Shown: one piece after another, positions 53,418 through 62,787 of the stretch
How the letters are laid out: every line of letters begins with the position of its first letter
Numbering within the stretch: position 1 is the stretch's first letter
From: a virus
DNA: 64,000 nucleotides
Reading direction: 5' to 3' (one strand)
Virus record (IMG/VR): IMGVR_UViG_3300046791_000454
Coordinates: 17,497 to 81,496 of that record
The notes under the pieces: model-generated
What the model was told of the DNA's origin: nothing
What the model saw: only the letters and a program-made list of their open reading frames with translations
The model's database searches: none
Translations under genes and position numbers: made by a program

Positions 53418-54814
53418 ACTCGCTCCTGGTCGGAGAACAGAACATAGGAAGAGTGGAACCACATGTCCGCTGCCACCCCGGAGCGTCCACTGCGCTGCTT
53501 GCGGATGTGCACACGCACGGGCTCAGGGATCTCGGGGTGCCTTGGGGCGTTTGGGGTTTCGGCCTCACGCTCAATATCCCACCAATTGTGGGCATCCATG
53601 AGCATCGCCTGGCTCTCCCGAATCTCGCCGCTCTTGTTCAGCTGCGCCAGCGCGACGAGCGAGACCTTGAACTCCACAGCGATCTCGACAAGCGCCTTCG
53701 ATACCGCCGCGAGCTGTTGCTCGCGATTGGCACTGCGGTCCACAAGGTCGCGCCCATCCATGAGCTGGATGTAATCGACAAGGATCACGCGCAGCGGTGC
53801 GCCCCTGCGATCAAGTTCAGCCGCACAACGCCGCGCCTTTGCTCGGAGAGCGGAAGTAGTCAGCCGCTTGGTGTCGTCGATCATCATGGGTAGCCGAGAA
53901 AGCCAGTTGGTGGCACCGAACAGGCGATCGGCCTCATCCCTGGAAACGGTGCCCTGTAGCAACGCCTCGCCGCTCACAAGTGCCTGTGCGCATGCGAGAC
54001 GTAGACCGATGTCGTCGCGCGCCATCTCAAGTGAGAACACCGCGACCCCGCAATGAGGCTGACCGTCGAACGGGTCGCTTGCGGCAGCGTTCATCGCCAG
54101 ACTCATGCCGAACGCCGTCTTCCCGCGGCCAGTAATGCCTGATACGAGCGTAAGCTGCCCGCGGTGAAGTCCGCCCGTGTACTTGTCGAGATTTGCGAAA
54201 CCGGTAGTGACCCCGGAGATCCGCACCGGAAGCCCCCGCTCTTTGCGGTCAACCTTCTCGGCGACCGGGCCCATGGCATCCTGAATCGACCTGCCGACGA
54301 ATACCGCGTCAGAACGAACGGACCTGTCGGCGAGCGCCGCGAGACGGGACGGGGCTCGACGAATCCAAGACACGTCGTCCTCGAGGACGCCGTAGCCCTC
54401 AGCGGCAATGGTTTGGCACTCTGCAATAATCTGTCGTCGAATTCCTAAGTGGGCAACAACCTTCGCGTGAAACTCGACGTTGCCCGCGAAGGGCGTGGCG
54501 TTCGCGACCTCCTTCAGGTAAGCGGCGTCTGCGCCGTGCGCGCCAAGCTTCCGCTGCGCATGTAGGTACATCGCGACGGCGGCGTCGTCGGGCTCGACGT
54601 GCTCGTCGTCAATGGCGAGAATCGCCTCGAACATGAGCCGGTGAGCCGATGCGAAGAAGTCCTCGACGCGGAGGATGTCACGCACGAGTGCCACGTGGCC
54701 ACCGCACATCAGGTCGGACAATACTACCCTCTCGGCCTCAAGGTTGTGCGGCGTTGGGGTGCCGGGCGGTGGCGACGGGGCGGCGTACAGCCTAACTTCG
54801 GGACTGCGCTTCAT
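53414..54814 (-). CDS. dnaB: replicative DNA helicase (phage DnaB)
   Basis: PHNLEAER.VL; TGFANLD.YTGG; G.TGRGKT; FSLEM; VDYIQL; LAQLN; KQRSG. Confidence 0.95.
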   Translation of the reverse strand: MKRSPEVRLYAAPSPPPGTPTPHNLEAERVVLSDLMCGGHVALVRDILRVEDFFASAHRLMFEAILAIDDEHVEPDDAAVAMYLHAQRKLGAHGADAAYLKEVANATPFAGNVEFHAKVVAHLGIRRQIIAECQTIAAEGYGVLEDDVSWIRRAPSRLAALADRSVRSDAVFVGRSIQDAMGPVAEKVDRKERGLPVRISGVTTGFANLDKYTGGLHRGQLTLVSGITGRGKTAFGMSLAMNAAASDPFDGQPHCGVAVFSLEMARDDIGLRLACAQALVSGEALLQGTVSRDEADRLFGATNWLSRLPMMIDDTKRLTTSALRAKARRCAAELDRRGAPLRVILVDYIQLMDGRDLVDRSANREQQLAAVSKALVEIAVEFKVSLVALAQLNKSGEIRESQAMLMDAHNWWDIEREAETPNAPRHPEIPEPVRVHIRKQRSGRSGVAADMWFHSSYVLFSDQERV

Positions 54815-54817
54815 TAT

Positions 54818-55714
54818 CTACTCCTGGCCAAGAAGCCCAAACTTCTTGAGCGGGTCGAGGTAATCGTGCGGCGTGGGGTCAAGTGATAGCTGTGCGGCCG
54901 CTTCGGCGATCTCTGGCCTGACTGGAGGCAATGGCGGCGGCCCACCCTCGGGGATTGGAAGCGCCCGCGGTAGCTCCGGGTGAAAGCGGCGGGCGTTGCG
55001 AAGCCACGTGCGAAAGGCGGCGTCCCAGTCCGCGTGCATGGTGCCCTTTGCCAATGCCTTGTCCCGGAACTCGTCGGCCTCGGCATCGACGACGTGCTCC
55101 GGAAACGCTACGGCGTCGCTGTTCCTCGCCCAGGCGAAGTGGTCCGGCTTCGGCACCCAGTCCGGCGGGAACGCCACAACCGGCAATGGCGCTGGCTTCG
55201 GCTGCTTCGTCCGTCGTGGGGGTTTGGGGGATCCTTCTTCTCTCTTCTCCTCTGATCTACTCTCCTCTCCTCTGGGCACCGTTGCACGACCGTTGCCTTC
55301 GCGTTGCACGACCGTTGCCTCACCGTTGCATTCGTCTGCAACGATCGTTGCATCGCGTTGCACGACCGTTGCGCGGTACCGACGGGATCGCTCAGTCGAC
55401 GCTTTTCCGGCCTCGACGGCGTTCCACCTGGACCAGCTTGGGATGACGAGACGACGGGCCCCCGACTCCCCTTCGAGCCGGAGCGGTGCGTCATCGCCAT
55501 CCGTGAGCGCGTTGAGCGCGACCACGATCTCCTTCCGATTTCCTCCGAGCAGGTCGTGTAGACCGTCGACGTCGCTCATCCCGAGGGGCAATCGGAGCTC
55601 CCCGCGACCTCTCCGCGCCTTCAGGGAGAGCTCCATCAGGATGAACCGCGTCGCCCTCGGCAGGCCCCTCTTGGCCCCCGAGCAGAGCTCCTCGTGAAAC
55701 TTGACCCACGTCAT
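54818..55714 (-). CDS. phage replication initiator (lambda O-like layout, DnaT-like C-terminal domain)
   Basis: WVKF N-terminus, STERSRRYR, repeat linker, EEKREE, FRD......DWDAAFRTW; adjacent to dnaB. Confidence 0.8.
   Translation of the reverse strand: MTWVKFHEELCSGAKRGLPRATRFILMELSLKARRGRGELRLPLGMSDVDGLHDLLGGNRKEIVVALNALTDGDDAPLRLEGESGARRLVIPSWSRWNAVEAGKASTERSRRYRATVVQRDATIVADECNGEATVVQREGNGRATVPRGEESRSEEKREEGSPKPPRRTKQPKPAPLPVVAFPPDWVPKPDHFAWARNSDAVAFPEHVVDAEADEFRDKALAKGTMHADWDAAFRTWLRNARRFHPELPRALPIPEGGPPPLPPVRPEIAEAAAQLSLDPTPHDYLDPLKKFGLLGQE
55235..55372. repeat. iteron cluster (GTTGCACGACCGTTGC x3, further CGTTGC cores) plus polypurine tract; putative origin
   Basis: Copies at 55281, 55303 and 55357 inside the initiator gene, next to a TCTCTTCTCCTC tract. 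Confidence 0.75.
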
Positions 55715-56364
55715 GCCGACCATCCTCCTCGCCTCTGGAACACGTCCAGCGCCTCGGCAAAGCACCGCTCCGCGTCCTGCCACACCTCGGAGCCCGTGAA
55801 CCTGAGCGGGCTCCAGCCCGCAGCCGTCAGGGCCCTGTCTCGCCGCTTGTCGCGCGCCGCCGCCACCTTCGTCTCGTGGAAGTCGTGGCCGTCGATCTCG
55901 ACGGCAACACCAACCACGCCACCATCGGCCACCAGCGCGAAGTCGAGCCGGTAGTCTCCCGCTGGCGCCTGGAGCGCGAACAGCGCCGCTCCGTCCAACA
56001 CCTCGCACGCGACCAACAAGCCGCACGCCTTGTGAAACCGTCGCCGGGTGCCGGCATCGAACAAGTCGGATTGCGGGTGTCCGATGGCTGCGAGCAGGAA
56101 GAGGCGCTCAACTGGTGACTCGCACCGGCGCAGCACCTCGGACACGCCAGACTGAACACGCGCAGCCCACTTGCCCGCGCCGGCAGCGAGCTTACATTCG
56201 GTCTCAGGTGACAGCTCAGGTGGAGCGGAGACCGGAGCGACGAGGGTCCCGCGCCCACCAACTGCCAGCCTGGTACGCGAACGCTCGGCGACGATACGCA
56301 GCGCCGCGTCTTCGCGGGCAGTGTCGCCGCTGCTGAGTTCAGATTCCAACGCCAGGTCCTTCAT
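55711..56364 (-). CDS. DUF559 / Vsr-like endonuclease
   Basis: ESPVE; YRLDFA; VEIDGHDFH; RDKRRDR.L...GW..LRFTGSEV. Confidence 0.88.
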   Translation of the reverse strand: MKDLALESELSSGDTAREDAALRIVAERSRTRLAVGGRGTLVAPVSAPPELSPETECKLAAGAGKWAARVQSGVSEVLRRCESPVERLFLLAAIGHPQSDLFDAGTRRRFHKACGLLVACEVLDGAALFALQAPAGDYRLDFALVADGGVVGVAVEIDGHDFHETKVAAARDKRRDRALTAAGWSPLRFTGSEVWQDAERCFAEALDVFQRRGGWSA

Positions 56365-56723
56365 GCACTCACCTTTACCAGCGGCTTCATCCGCTCCACC
56401 ACCGACAACCTCACTCGCTCCCTCGCCGTCCTCTCCCGGTGAGACATGATGCCAACGCGCACGGTCGCGTGGTCCCGGTCGAACGCCACCGCGATGGCGT
56501 CGAACGAGTACCGCGCTACCTTGATTGCCTTGAGTTCATGCCAGACCTCTTGACGCACGCCTGACGCACCGTTGCGGTGCGACCGCCCCAGCACCTCGCT
56601 CAGCATCGCCCCCCGCCTCGCGCACACCTCCTCGGCGAGCTCGAGCCACGTCCTGCCATCAGGCAACCGCCGCACCGCGAGGTTGCACTCCACGTCGTCC
56701 GCCGTGAGCTTCATCATGCCCAT
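56361..56723 (-). CDS. stand-alone DnaA C-terminal (domain IV-like) HTH protein
   Basis: EVLGRS...VRQEVW.....YSFDAIAVAFDRDHATV. Confidence 0.75.
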   Translation of the reverse strand: MGMMKLTADDVECNLAVRRLPDGRTWLELAEEVCARRGAMLSEVLGRSHRNGASGVRQEVWHELKAIKVARYSFDAIAVAFDRDHATVRVGIMSHRERTARERVRLSVVERMKPLVKVSA

Positions 56724-56884
56724 CACCCGATGTGGAACGACTTGCCCGAGAACGACAGCGCGAGAGCGAGCACCCCGCAGAAGAAGAGAATCTTCCCGGC
56801 CTCCGAGGCCTTCGGGTTGGCAGCCATCACCCAAACGAGCAGGCCGACGATGGCGAGAACAAGGGGAGCAACTGCGATAATCAT
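56723..56884 (-). CDS. small 2-TM membrane protein (53 aa)
   Basis: AAGGA SD; two hydrophobic helices. Confidence 0.7.
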   Translation of the reverse strand: MIIAVAPLVLAIVGLLVWVMAANPKASEAGKILFFCGVLALALSFSGKSFHIG

Positions 56885-57213
56885 TGGCGTTTCCTTCCGT
56901 TGGTGGTTGTGCGCTTGCTGTCTGTCGGGAGCTCCCGGTCCAGAAGCGACCGAACGACGTCGGCTCGAGACAGCCCCGGCTCGTAGAGGCTCCACGTGTC
57001 CCGGAGCATGTCGAGCCGCCGCAGCATCCTCGGCGTGACGAGGATGGCGACCTGTTGCGACTGCCTCTCGTCGGGCGGCGTCGTCATTCGCGCGCTTCGA
57101 CTTGTGGCACTCCACGTCGACGGGCCGCTAGCGAAGATTGCGCGACAACGGCGCCGGTTGTGGCCAGTCTTGCCGCAGCGGCCGCAGTGCTGGGGTTGGA
57201 GGTAGAAGGTCAC
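56881..57213 (-). CDS. CCHC Zn-knuckle plus ribbon-helix-helix-like protein
   Basis: CGRCGKTGHNRRRC; VAILVTPRMLRRLD....SRADVVRSLL. Confidence 0.6.
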   Translation of the reverse strand: MTFYLQPQHCGRCGKTGHNRRRCRAIFASGPSTWSATSRSARMTTPPDERQSQQVAILVTPRMLRRLDMLRDTWSLYEPGLSRADVVRSLLDRELPTDSKRTTTNGRKRQ

Positions 57214-58517
57214 AGCGCCTCCCCCCGTCGCCTGACCCGCGGGCTCGGCATGGCGGCCCTGAGATATGCGGCCCTCGCGTTGCTGTCCTCCAGCGCGAGC
57301 TCGGCACGCACCCATCCAGCGAAGTCAGGCGGCGGAATCCACGCCCCCGGATCGTCACCATCCAGATCGACGCCGACCGACTTGTCGTCTTCGACGCACG
57401 CCAGCACCGCCGCCCGCCACCCCTTCGGGTCCAAGTCGGGCGGGCACGCCGCGATCGCGTTGTCGACGGCCACGCGGCGGAGGTGCACCTCGAAGCCGGG
57501 CGCGGCGAGGAAGGCGAAGGCCTCGGCGGTGCGGCGAAGGCGCTCGCGCACGCCCTGCCATGTCTCGACGACGAGCTCGATCGACACGGGCACCACCGGA
57601 CGAAGCGCGGCCTCGACGAGACCCTTGGCGGCCGCGTCGACGTACATCCGGACGCGGCCCGACGACGTGAGCATGACGACGGGTGGCGCCACGCCTAGCT
57701 CGCGGAGCGTGCACCCGTAGTCGGTGAGCGTCAGGGGCCGTGGTACGGGGAAAGGCAGGCCGCTGAACGACGCCGGCGCGCTCAGGAAGTCGATGACCCG
57801 CTGGTCGGGCGGCTTCCAGTCGCCACCGTCGTCGCCGTCGACCGCTGCGTACGGGTTCGGCTCCGCCGAAGGCTGACGAACTGCGTAGTTTCGGGGGTAC
57901 CGCTCCTTGTCCCTCTCGATGGCAGCCGCGTCGTCCGGCACCGCCTCCCCCTCACCCACGAACTCCCACGGCTCGGGCAGCGTGCCGTCGACAAGCGTGA
58001 CCGAACAGGCGTGGCGCGGGCCTTCGTAGAGGTCGGCATCGTAGTGAGTGACGCGCGCGACGTGGAACGCCTCGGGCCCACCCCATCGCCATCGCTGCCC
58101 CACCGCCGCCTTCGGGCGAGCCTTTTCCTCGGCGGCGCGGACAAGGATCCAGACCTCGGGGTATGCCGTCCCGTCGGAGCGTAGCGGGAATCCCCCGGAC
58201 TGACCGCAATCCGCCCAGCCGCTGCCAATGCGGACGACGCGCTTCGGCCCACGCTCGTAACCGCACACGTCTGGCCGCACGTCCCACACGTCGCCGACCT
58301 GCACCCGTCTCGGCCCCGCGGCCTTCGGGGAGACCACCGGAACCACGCAGCCGTCGGGGCGAATGGCCACGAAGTCTCCGGCGTCGACCGCAGTCCCTGC
58401 CTTCGCGAACGTGATGACGCCACTCTTCCACGCCGTGTGGACCTGCTCAGAGCACGTCGGACAAGCGGCCCCATCTGCCGCACCCACGAACTCGTGACCG
58501 CACTTGTTCATGCTCAT
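57210..58517 (-). CDS. mosaic hypothetical protein
   Basis: AGGAG SD; N-terminal C..CPTC; repeated VGDVW/VGQRW mini-domains. Confidence 0.7.
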   Translation of the reverse strand: MSMNKCGHEFVGAADGAACPTCSEQVHTAWKSGVITFAKAGTAVDAGDFVAIRPDGCVVPVVSPKAAGPRRVQVGDVWDVRPDVCGYERGPKRVVRIGSGWADCGQSGGFPLRSDGTAYPEVWILVRAAEEKARPKAAVGQRWRWGGPEAFHVARVTHYDADLYEGPRHACSVTLVDGTLPEPWEFVGEGEAVPDDAAAIERDKERYPRNYAVRQPSAEPNPYAAVDGDDGGDWKPPDQRVIDFLSAPASFSGLPFPVPRPLTLTDYGCTLRELGVAPPVVMLTSSGRVRMYVDAAAKGLVEAALRPVVPVSIELVVETWQGVRERLRRTAEAFAFLAAPGFEVHLRRVAVDNAIAACPPDLDPKGWRAAVLACVEDDKSVGVDLDGDDPGAWIPPPDFAGWVRAELALEDSNARAAYLRAAMPSPRVRRRGEAL

Positions 58518-59017
58518 CGTCTCACTCCTTCTCCGTGTCGCGTTTCGCCACAGCCGCACACCCCGTTGTCGCATCCCGCCACACCGGGCCGGCCCGAACC
58601 GTCGACATTTCGAAGCGGCCCACCGATTGCAGAGTGCTGCTCGTGCGTTACGCCGCTTGCGCGCAGCTCAATCCTCAACCCGTACCGCTCTGCCTTAGGC
58701 GCACCCTTCGGCGGCTTCTCCTGGTCGTATCGCCACGTGACCCGCGGATCGGCGTCGTCGACCCCAAGCACGTCAGCTACGGAATCGCGGCACGCTTTGA
58801 AGGCCCCGCGGAGGTTGTCGTCGTCGAGTGGCCGCGGGGCAATCCGGACGAGCAGCACGTCAACGCGCTCGGGCCACGGCTGATTGGCACGGATGCGGAC
58901 AGCCATGCCCACTACGGCCCGGTGCTCCTTCGCCCGCTTGGCGCGCTTGCTCCAGTGCTCCCGGAGGTTGGCCACGGACTCGAGGCGGAGGGGCAGGGAG
59001 ACGATGATCGGGGTCAT
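58514..59017 (-). CDS. RusA-like endodeoxyribonuclease
   Basis: SVANLREHW; LDDDNL..AFKACRD.VA..LGVDD. Confidence 0.8.
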   Translation of the reverse strand: MTPIIVSLPLRLESVANLREHWSKRAKRAKEHRAVVGMAVRIRANQPWPERVDVLLVRIAPRPLDDDNLRGAFKACRDSVADVLGVDDADPRVTWRYDQEKPPKGAPKAERYGLRIELRASGVTHEQHSAIGGPLRNVDGSGRPGVAGCDNGVCGCGETRHGEGVRR

Positions 59018-59584
59018 GCGGCACCCCAGACGCGCGAAGCCGTCGCTGCGAGCTCAACAAGCCAGTGAGCAAGCGCCGGCGGGGTGAGACGTCGCTTGAT
59101 CTTCGTAGCCGACGGTAGACGCGGCCCCCGTGGGCCGGACGTCACCCGATGAGTCGGCCTGCCACCGCGACGGATGCCCGAAACGATCGCGGCGTGGTCC
59201 ACGGCCACGAAGTAGAGCCAGGTCGGCTTCGCGCAGCAGTGGCCCCACGCGACCTGATTAATGGCCACGGTGACCCCCCCCCCAAGCGTCGGGCAACTGG
59301 CCTGGCCGAGGCATGCCACACGCTGCGAACAGCGTGGACTCCGACGGGTGCTCAAGAACGCCGCCGAACGCGCGGACGCTCGCCACTGCCGCGGGCCCGC
59401 ACGATGGATCTTGGTGTCGACAGAGGAACCGCAACCGTCCCCACGGCCCACACGGCGGATGCGCGACGACGGGCCAGGGTCCGGGGTAGAGCTTCGCGTC
59501 GCGCGTCTCGTCCCAGCAGTCGGCGACGAGCGCGGGGTAAGGGCCCTTCGGGTCGACATAGAGGGCCACGACGTCGGACCTCAT
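59014..59584 (-). pseudogene. C5-cytosine methyltransferase-like gene frameshifted at a G10 tract (59274-59283)
   Basis: 5' frame has VAHPPC and VLEHP; 3' frame has Q..WGH..AKPTWLY and RLTPPALA.WL; deleting one G joins them. Confidence 0.75.
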
Positions 59585-60522
59585 GCGCCACCGGCGGCGA
59601 AGAGGTCGACCTGGCGGCCGGCAGCTTCAGGTTCCGCCGCGGCGAGGTTCCGCCGAGCGATCCGAAAGTAGCTGTCCTTGAGCTCAATGCCGACGAACTT
59701 GCGTCCGTTCTCGACGGCGCCCACGCCCTCGGACCCGACGCCCGCGAAGGGCGAGAACACGACCTCGCCCGGGTTGCTCCAGAGGCAGACGCAGCGCTTG
59801 ATGATGTCCAAACTCAGGGGGCAGAGGTGCTTTTCGTCTTTGTCCTCGCGAGCGAGCTCCACGTTGAGCACGTCCGTAAGGTCGCAGTTCATCCAGACGG
59901 GCGAGGCCCACTCTTGCCACTGGGACAGCGGGAAGCTGTCGTGCGTGTGCGTGACCGGGATGGGCTTGTCGCTCTCCTCCGTCGCGTCATCGTCCGCCCA
60001 CTTACGGAACGTGATGACGTACTCGGCCATGCCCTGCCGGGAGAACGAGGAGTCCCGCCGAAGCTGCTTGTAGAGGAGGCCATGCGCCTTCGTCTTTTGC
60101 ATCTCCGTTACGGGCGACCGCCACACGGTCACGCGCGAGTGGAACGTGAAGCCCGCGTCCTGGTGAACGCGGATGATGTCGCCGGGCAGGTCGCGTAAGC
60201 CCGCCGCGCCGTCGCGGCCCTTGTAGTTCACGAGGTCCTTGCAGTGGACGCAAACGACTCGGCCGGGCCGCATGACGCGGTAGAGCTCCGTGACGAGGTA
60301 GGCGTATTGCGAGAGGAACTCGGAGTCGTTGGCGCAATTGCCGAGGTCGCGCGCCGAGTCAGAATAGCAGTATAAATTTCCAAACGGGGGACTATAAAGT
60401 CCTAAGTCGAAAGAGTTACTCGGAAGACGGCGGATGAAGTCCACGCAATCCGCGTTGTAGAGAGACCACCCGTTGCCGTGCGCCTCGTCCAATACCAACA
60501 CCTCGTCCGCCTTCTTCTTCAC
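59581..60522 (-). CDS. DNA methyltransferase, N4-C/N6-A, beta class
   Basis: NADC; motif IV SPPF; H.CPL; motif I FSPFAGVGS; GIELK. Confidence 0.92.
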   Translation of the reverse strand: MKKKADEVLVLDEAHGNGWSLYNADCVDFIRRLPSNSFDLGLYSPPFGNLYCYSDSARDLGNCANDSEFLSQYAYLVTELYRVMRPGRVVCVHCKDLVNYKGRDGAAGLRDLPGDIIRVHQDAGFTFHSRVTVWRSPVTEMQKTKAHGLLYKQLRRDSSFSRQGMAEYVITFRKWADDDATEESDKPIPVTHTHDSFPLSQWQEWASPVWMNCDLTDVLNVELAREDKDEKHLCPLSLDIIKRCVCLWSNPGEVVFSPFAGVGSEGVGAVENGRKFVGIELKDSYFRIARRNLAAAEPEAAGRQVDLFAAGGA

Positions 60523-61904
60523 GAGACCTCCTTCAACCACTCAGGGAACTTCGCCTTGACCGTTGGGCAGTAGGCGACCGCCGAGCGGTCCTCCTTTGCC
60601 TGCGCCCGCCTCATCGCCTCGAACATCGAGACTTTCATCGCGTCGTGGTCCGCCGCCTTCCGCAACAAGATTGACCAGATCTCAATCTCCGTCTGTGCCA
60701 TGACGACGTGCACCTCGACGCGTCGGCGCTGGCCAAAGCGATGCACGCGTCTCGTGGCTTGGTAGTACTGCTCAAAGCTAAACGTCGGGCCGATGAACGC
60801 GACGCGCGCGCAGTTCTGAAAGTTCATCCCAAAACCCGCGAGGCGGGGCTTGGTCAGTAGAATGCGGACGTCGCCAGCGGCGAATCCAAGCAGCGCCGCC
60901 TCCTTCGTCTCCAGCTTGTCGGAGCCGCGCACATCAGTCGCTTCCGGCAACGCCTCACGAAGCGCATCCGCCTCGTAGTCCGTCTCGCACCAAAGCAACC
61001 ACTGCTCGTCGGGCTCGGCGCGCACGAGCTCGGCGACCTTAGCGGCACGCGTCCGGACGGTGAGCCGCTTTTCCTTGTGCACGCTCGTGGCAGACAGGTC
61101 GGGCGCCCGGAAGAGCATCTCGCCGCGCCCAGCCGTCACGTCCACCTCGAGCGCGTGCTTCGTCAGCTTCAAGTCGGGCAGGGTGTAGCCGTCGTCGGAG
61201 TAGGCCATGCCGAGGTCGCTCGGCTTGCCAACGCATCGCGCCCACGAGGAGACCCAGTCCCAGAACGGGACGACGGCGTGACCCTTCAATCGGTACGTGC
61301 CAAAAGTCGACGTGTCGTTGATGAACCAGCGCGCGATCATCTCGTGCGACGTGAGGATCCCAAGGAACTCGGCGTGGTTGCCGAGCTCGAGATGGTCGTT
61401 CGGCGCCGGCGTGGCCGTGCAGGCGAGGCGATACGGCGTCGCAGCGAAGCGCTCCAAGAGCTTCGTCTTCGTCGCTCCCGTATAAGCCTTCACGATGGAG
61501 CTCTCGTCAAGTACGACACCCGCGAAGGCGCCCGGGTCGAAGTGGTCGAGCATCTCGTAGTTCGTGATGGTCACTGCCCCGGTGGCGCCCCCTTGACCCC
61601 GCGCGTAGGCGACATCGATCCCGAACTTCTTCCCTTCGCGCACCGTCTGCCCCGATACCGCGAGCGGGGCGAGGATGAGTACGCGGCCGCCGGTGTGCTC
61701 CGCGACGCAGCGGGACCATTCCAACTGTTGAATCGTCTTTCCTAAACCGCAGTCCTCGAACAATGCGGCACGGCCACGCCGCAGGGCCCATGCCACCACG
61801 TCCTTCTGGAACGGGAATAGCTTGTCGTTCAGCGGTGGCGTCTTCGCCAGGCCGACGTCTGGAACCACAATGCGCTTCTGCGCAATGAACTCCTCGTACT
61901 TCAC
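60519..61904 (-). CDS. SNF2/SF2-like helicase
   Basis: DCGLGKT; DESS; TATP; GFGMNFQ; QATRRVHRFGQ. Confidence 0.92.
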   Translation of the reverse strand: MKYEEFIAQKRIVVPDVGLAKTPPLNDKLFPFQKDVVAWALRRGRAALFEDCGLGKTIQQLEWSRCVAEHTGGRVLILAPLAVSGQTVREGKKFGIDVAYARGQGGATGAVTITNYEMLDHFDPGAFAGVVLDESSIVKAYTGATKTKLLERFAATPYRLACTATPAPNDHLELGNHAEFLGILTSHEMIARWFINDTSTFGTYRLKGHAVVPFWDWVSSWARCVGKPSDLGMAYSDDGYTLPDLKLTKHALEVDVTAGRGEMLFRAPDLSATSVHKEKRLTVRTRAAKVAELVRAEPDEQWLLWCETDYEADALREALPEATDVRGSDKLETKEAALLGFAAGDVRILLTKPRLAGFGMNFQNCARVAFIGPTFSFEQYYQATRRVHRFGQRRRVEVHVVMAQTEIEIWSILLRKAADHDAMKVSMFEAMRRAQAKEDRSAVAYCPTVKAKFPEWLKEVS

Positions 61905-62263
61905 CCTTGCACCTCGTCCCCTTCCGAACCTTCGTCAACCGCCTGGTCCCCCGGCACATAGACCCCCTCCCGCGTCAGGGCGTCGACGAGCCGCCGATGC
62001 GGCTCCGCGTTGTCATGGTCGGGCACCTCGCCCCCGTGATGCTCTCCCTTCGCTGCGGCCTCGGCGGCGAGGCACTCCGGGAGGCGCTTCGCCCTATTCG
62101 GGTGCTGTAGCGGCGTGTCGGCCCGACCGATGATGCTGATGTTCTTCCCGAACGCGGTGCAGCGGCCGGTCCCGCAGTGCGTGTGTCTATTGGCGCGGAA
62201 TAGCGGGCACGGGCCGCAGTGCTCGTCTAGAGCGTCGACTTCGACAAGCAGCAGGCGCTTCAT
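61901..62263 (-). CDS. small Cys4 protein (family copy 3) with acidic tail
   Basis: VEVD..HCGPC...RCTAF...RLPECLAAE. Confidence 0.75.
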   Translation of the reverse strand: MKRLLLVEVDALDEHCGPCPLFRANRHTHCGTGRCTAFGKNISIIGRADTPLQHPNRAKRLPECLAAEAAAKGEHHGGEVPDHDNAEPHRRLVDALTREGVYVPGDQAVDEGSEGDEVQG

Positions 62264-62787
62264 GCACCCTCCTTCGGCCACCCGGCCGTCAACTGGTCAT
62301 GCCGGGCAAGAAGCGCCTCACTGGCATCCAGGGCCGCCGCATGCTCCTCGGCGGTGACGTCTCGGATCAGGTCGTCTTGCGCTTCGAGCAATCCGTCGTA
62401 GAACGCGTCGAGCCTCGCGGCGTGATCTTGGGCAACCACCTTGGCAATCTCGGCTGCCCGGTCGAGCGCAAGCTGCGCTTCGGCGAGTGAGTGCATGAGG
62501 CCGATACGGGTACGGGGCAGAGGGGCACGCGCTGCTACATGGCCCCCGAGCAGCTCCCGCAGCGCCTCGGGGTGCCGGCGAAGGATGGCGGCGACTCCGA
62601 CGCGAACACTCTGCGCCTCGTCCTCGGCGCCTTCGCGGGACCATGAATCGGTATCCGCAATCCCGCCCTCGCCGTTGAGGGCGCCGACGACGAGACGGAA
62701 CCATGGGCCGCCGCGTGCCTGCTGGGAGAAGTCGGAGTCCAGCTCGACCGTGACGAGATCGGCGAGCAGAGCGGCAATGGGCGTCAT
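62260..62787 (-). CDS. hypothetical protein
   Basis: ATGA coupling. Confidence 0.7.
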   Translation of the reverse strand: MTPIAALLADLVTVELDSDFSQQARGGPWFRLVVGALNGEGGIADTDSWSREGAEDEAQSVRVGVAAILRRHPEALRELLGGHVAARAPLPRTRIGLMHSLAEAQLALDRAAEIAKVVAQDHAARLDAFYDGLLEAQDDLIRDVTAEEHAAALDASEALLARHDQLTAGWPKEGA

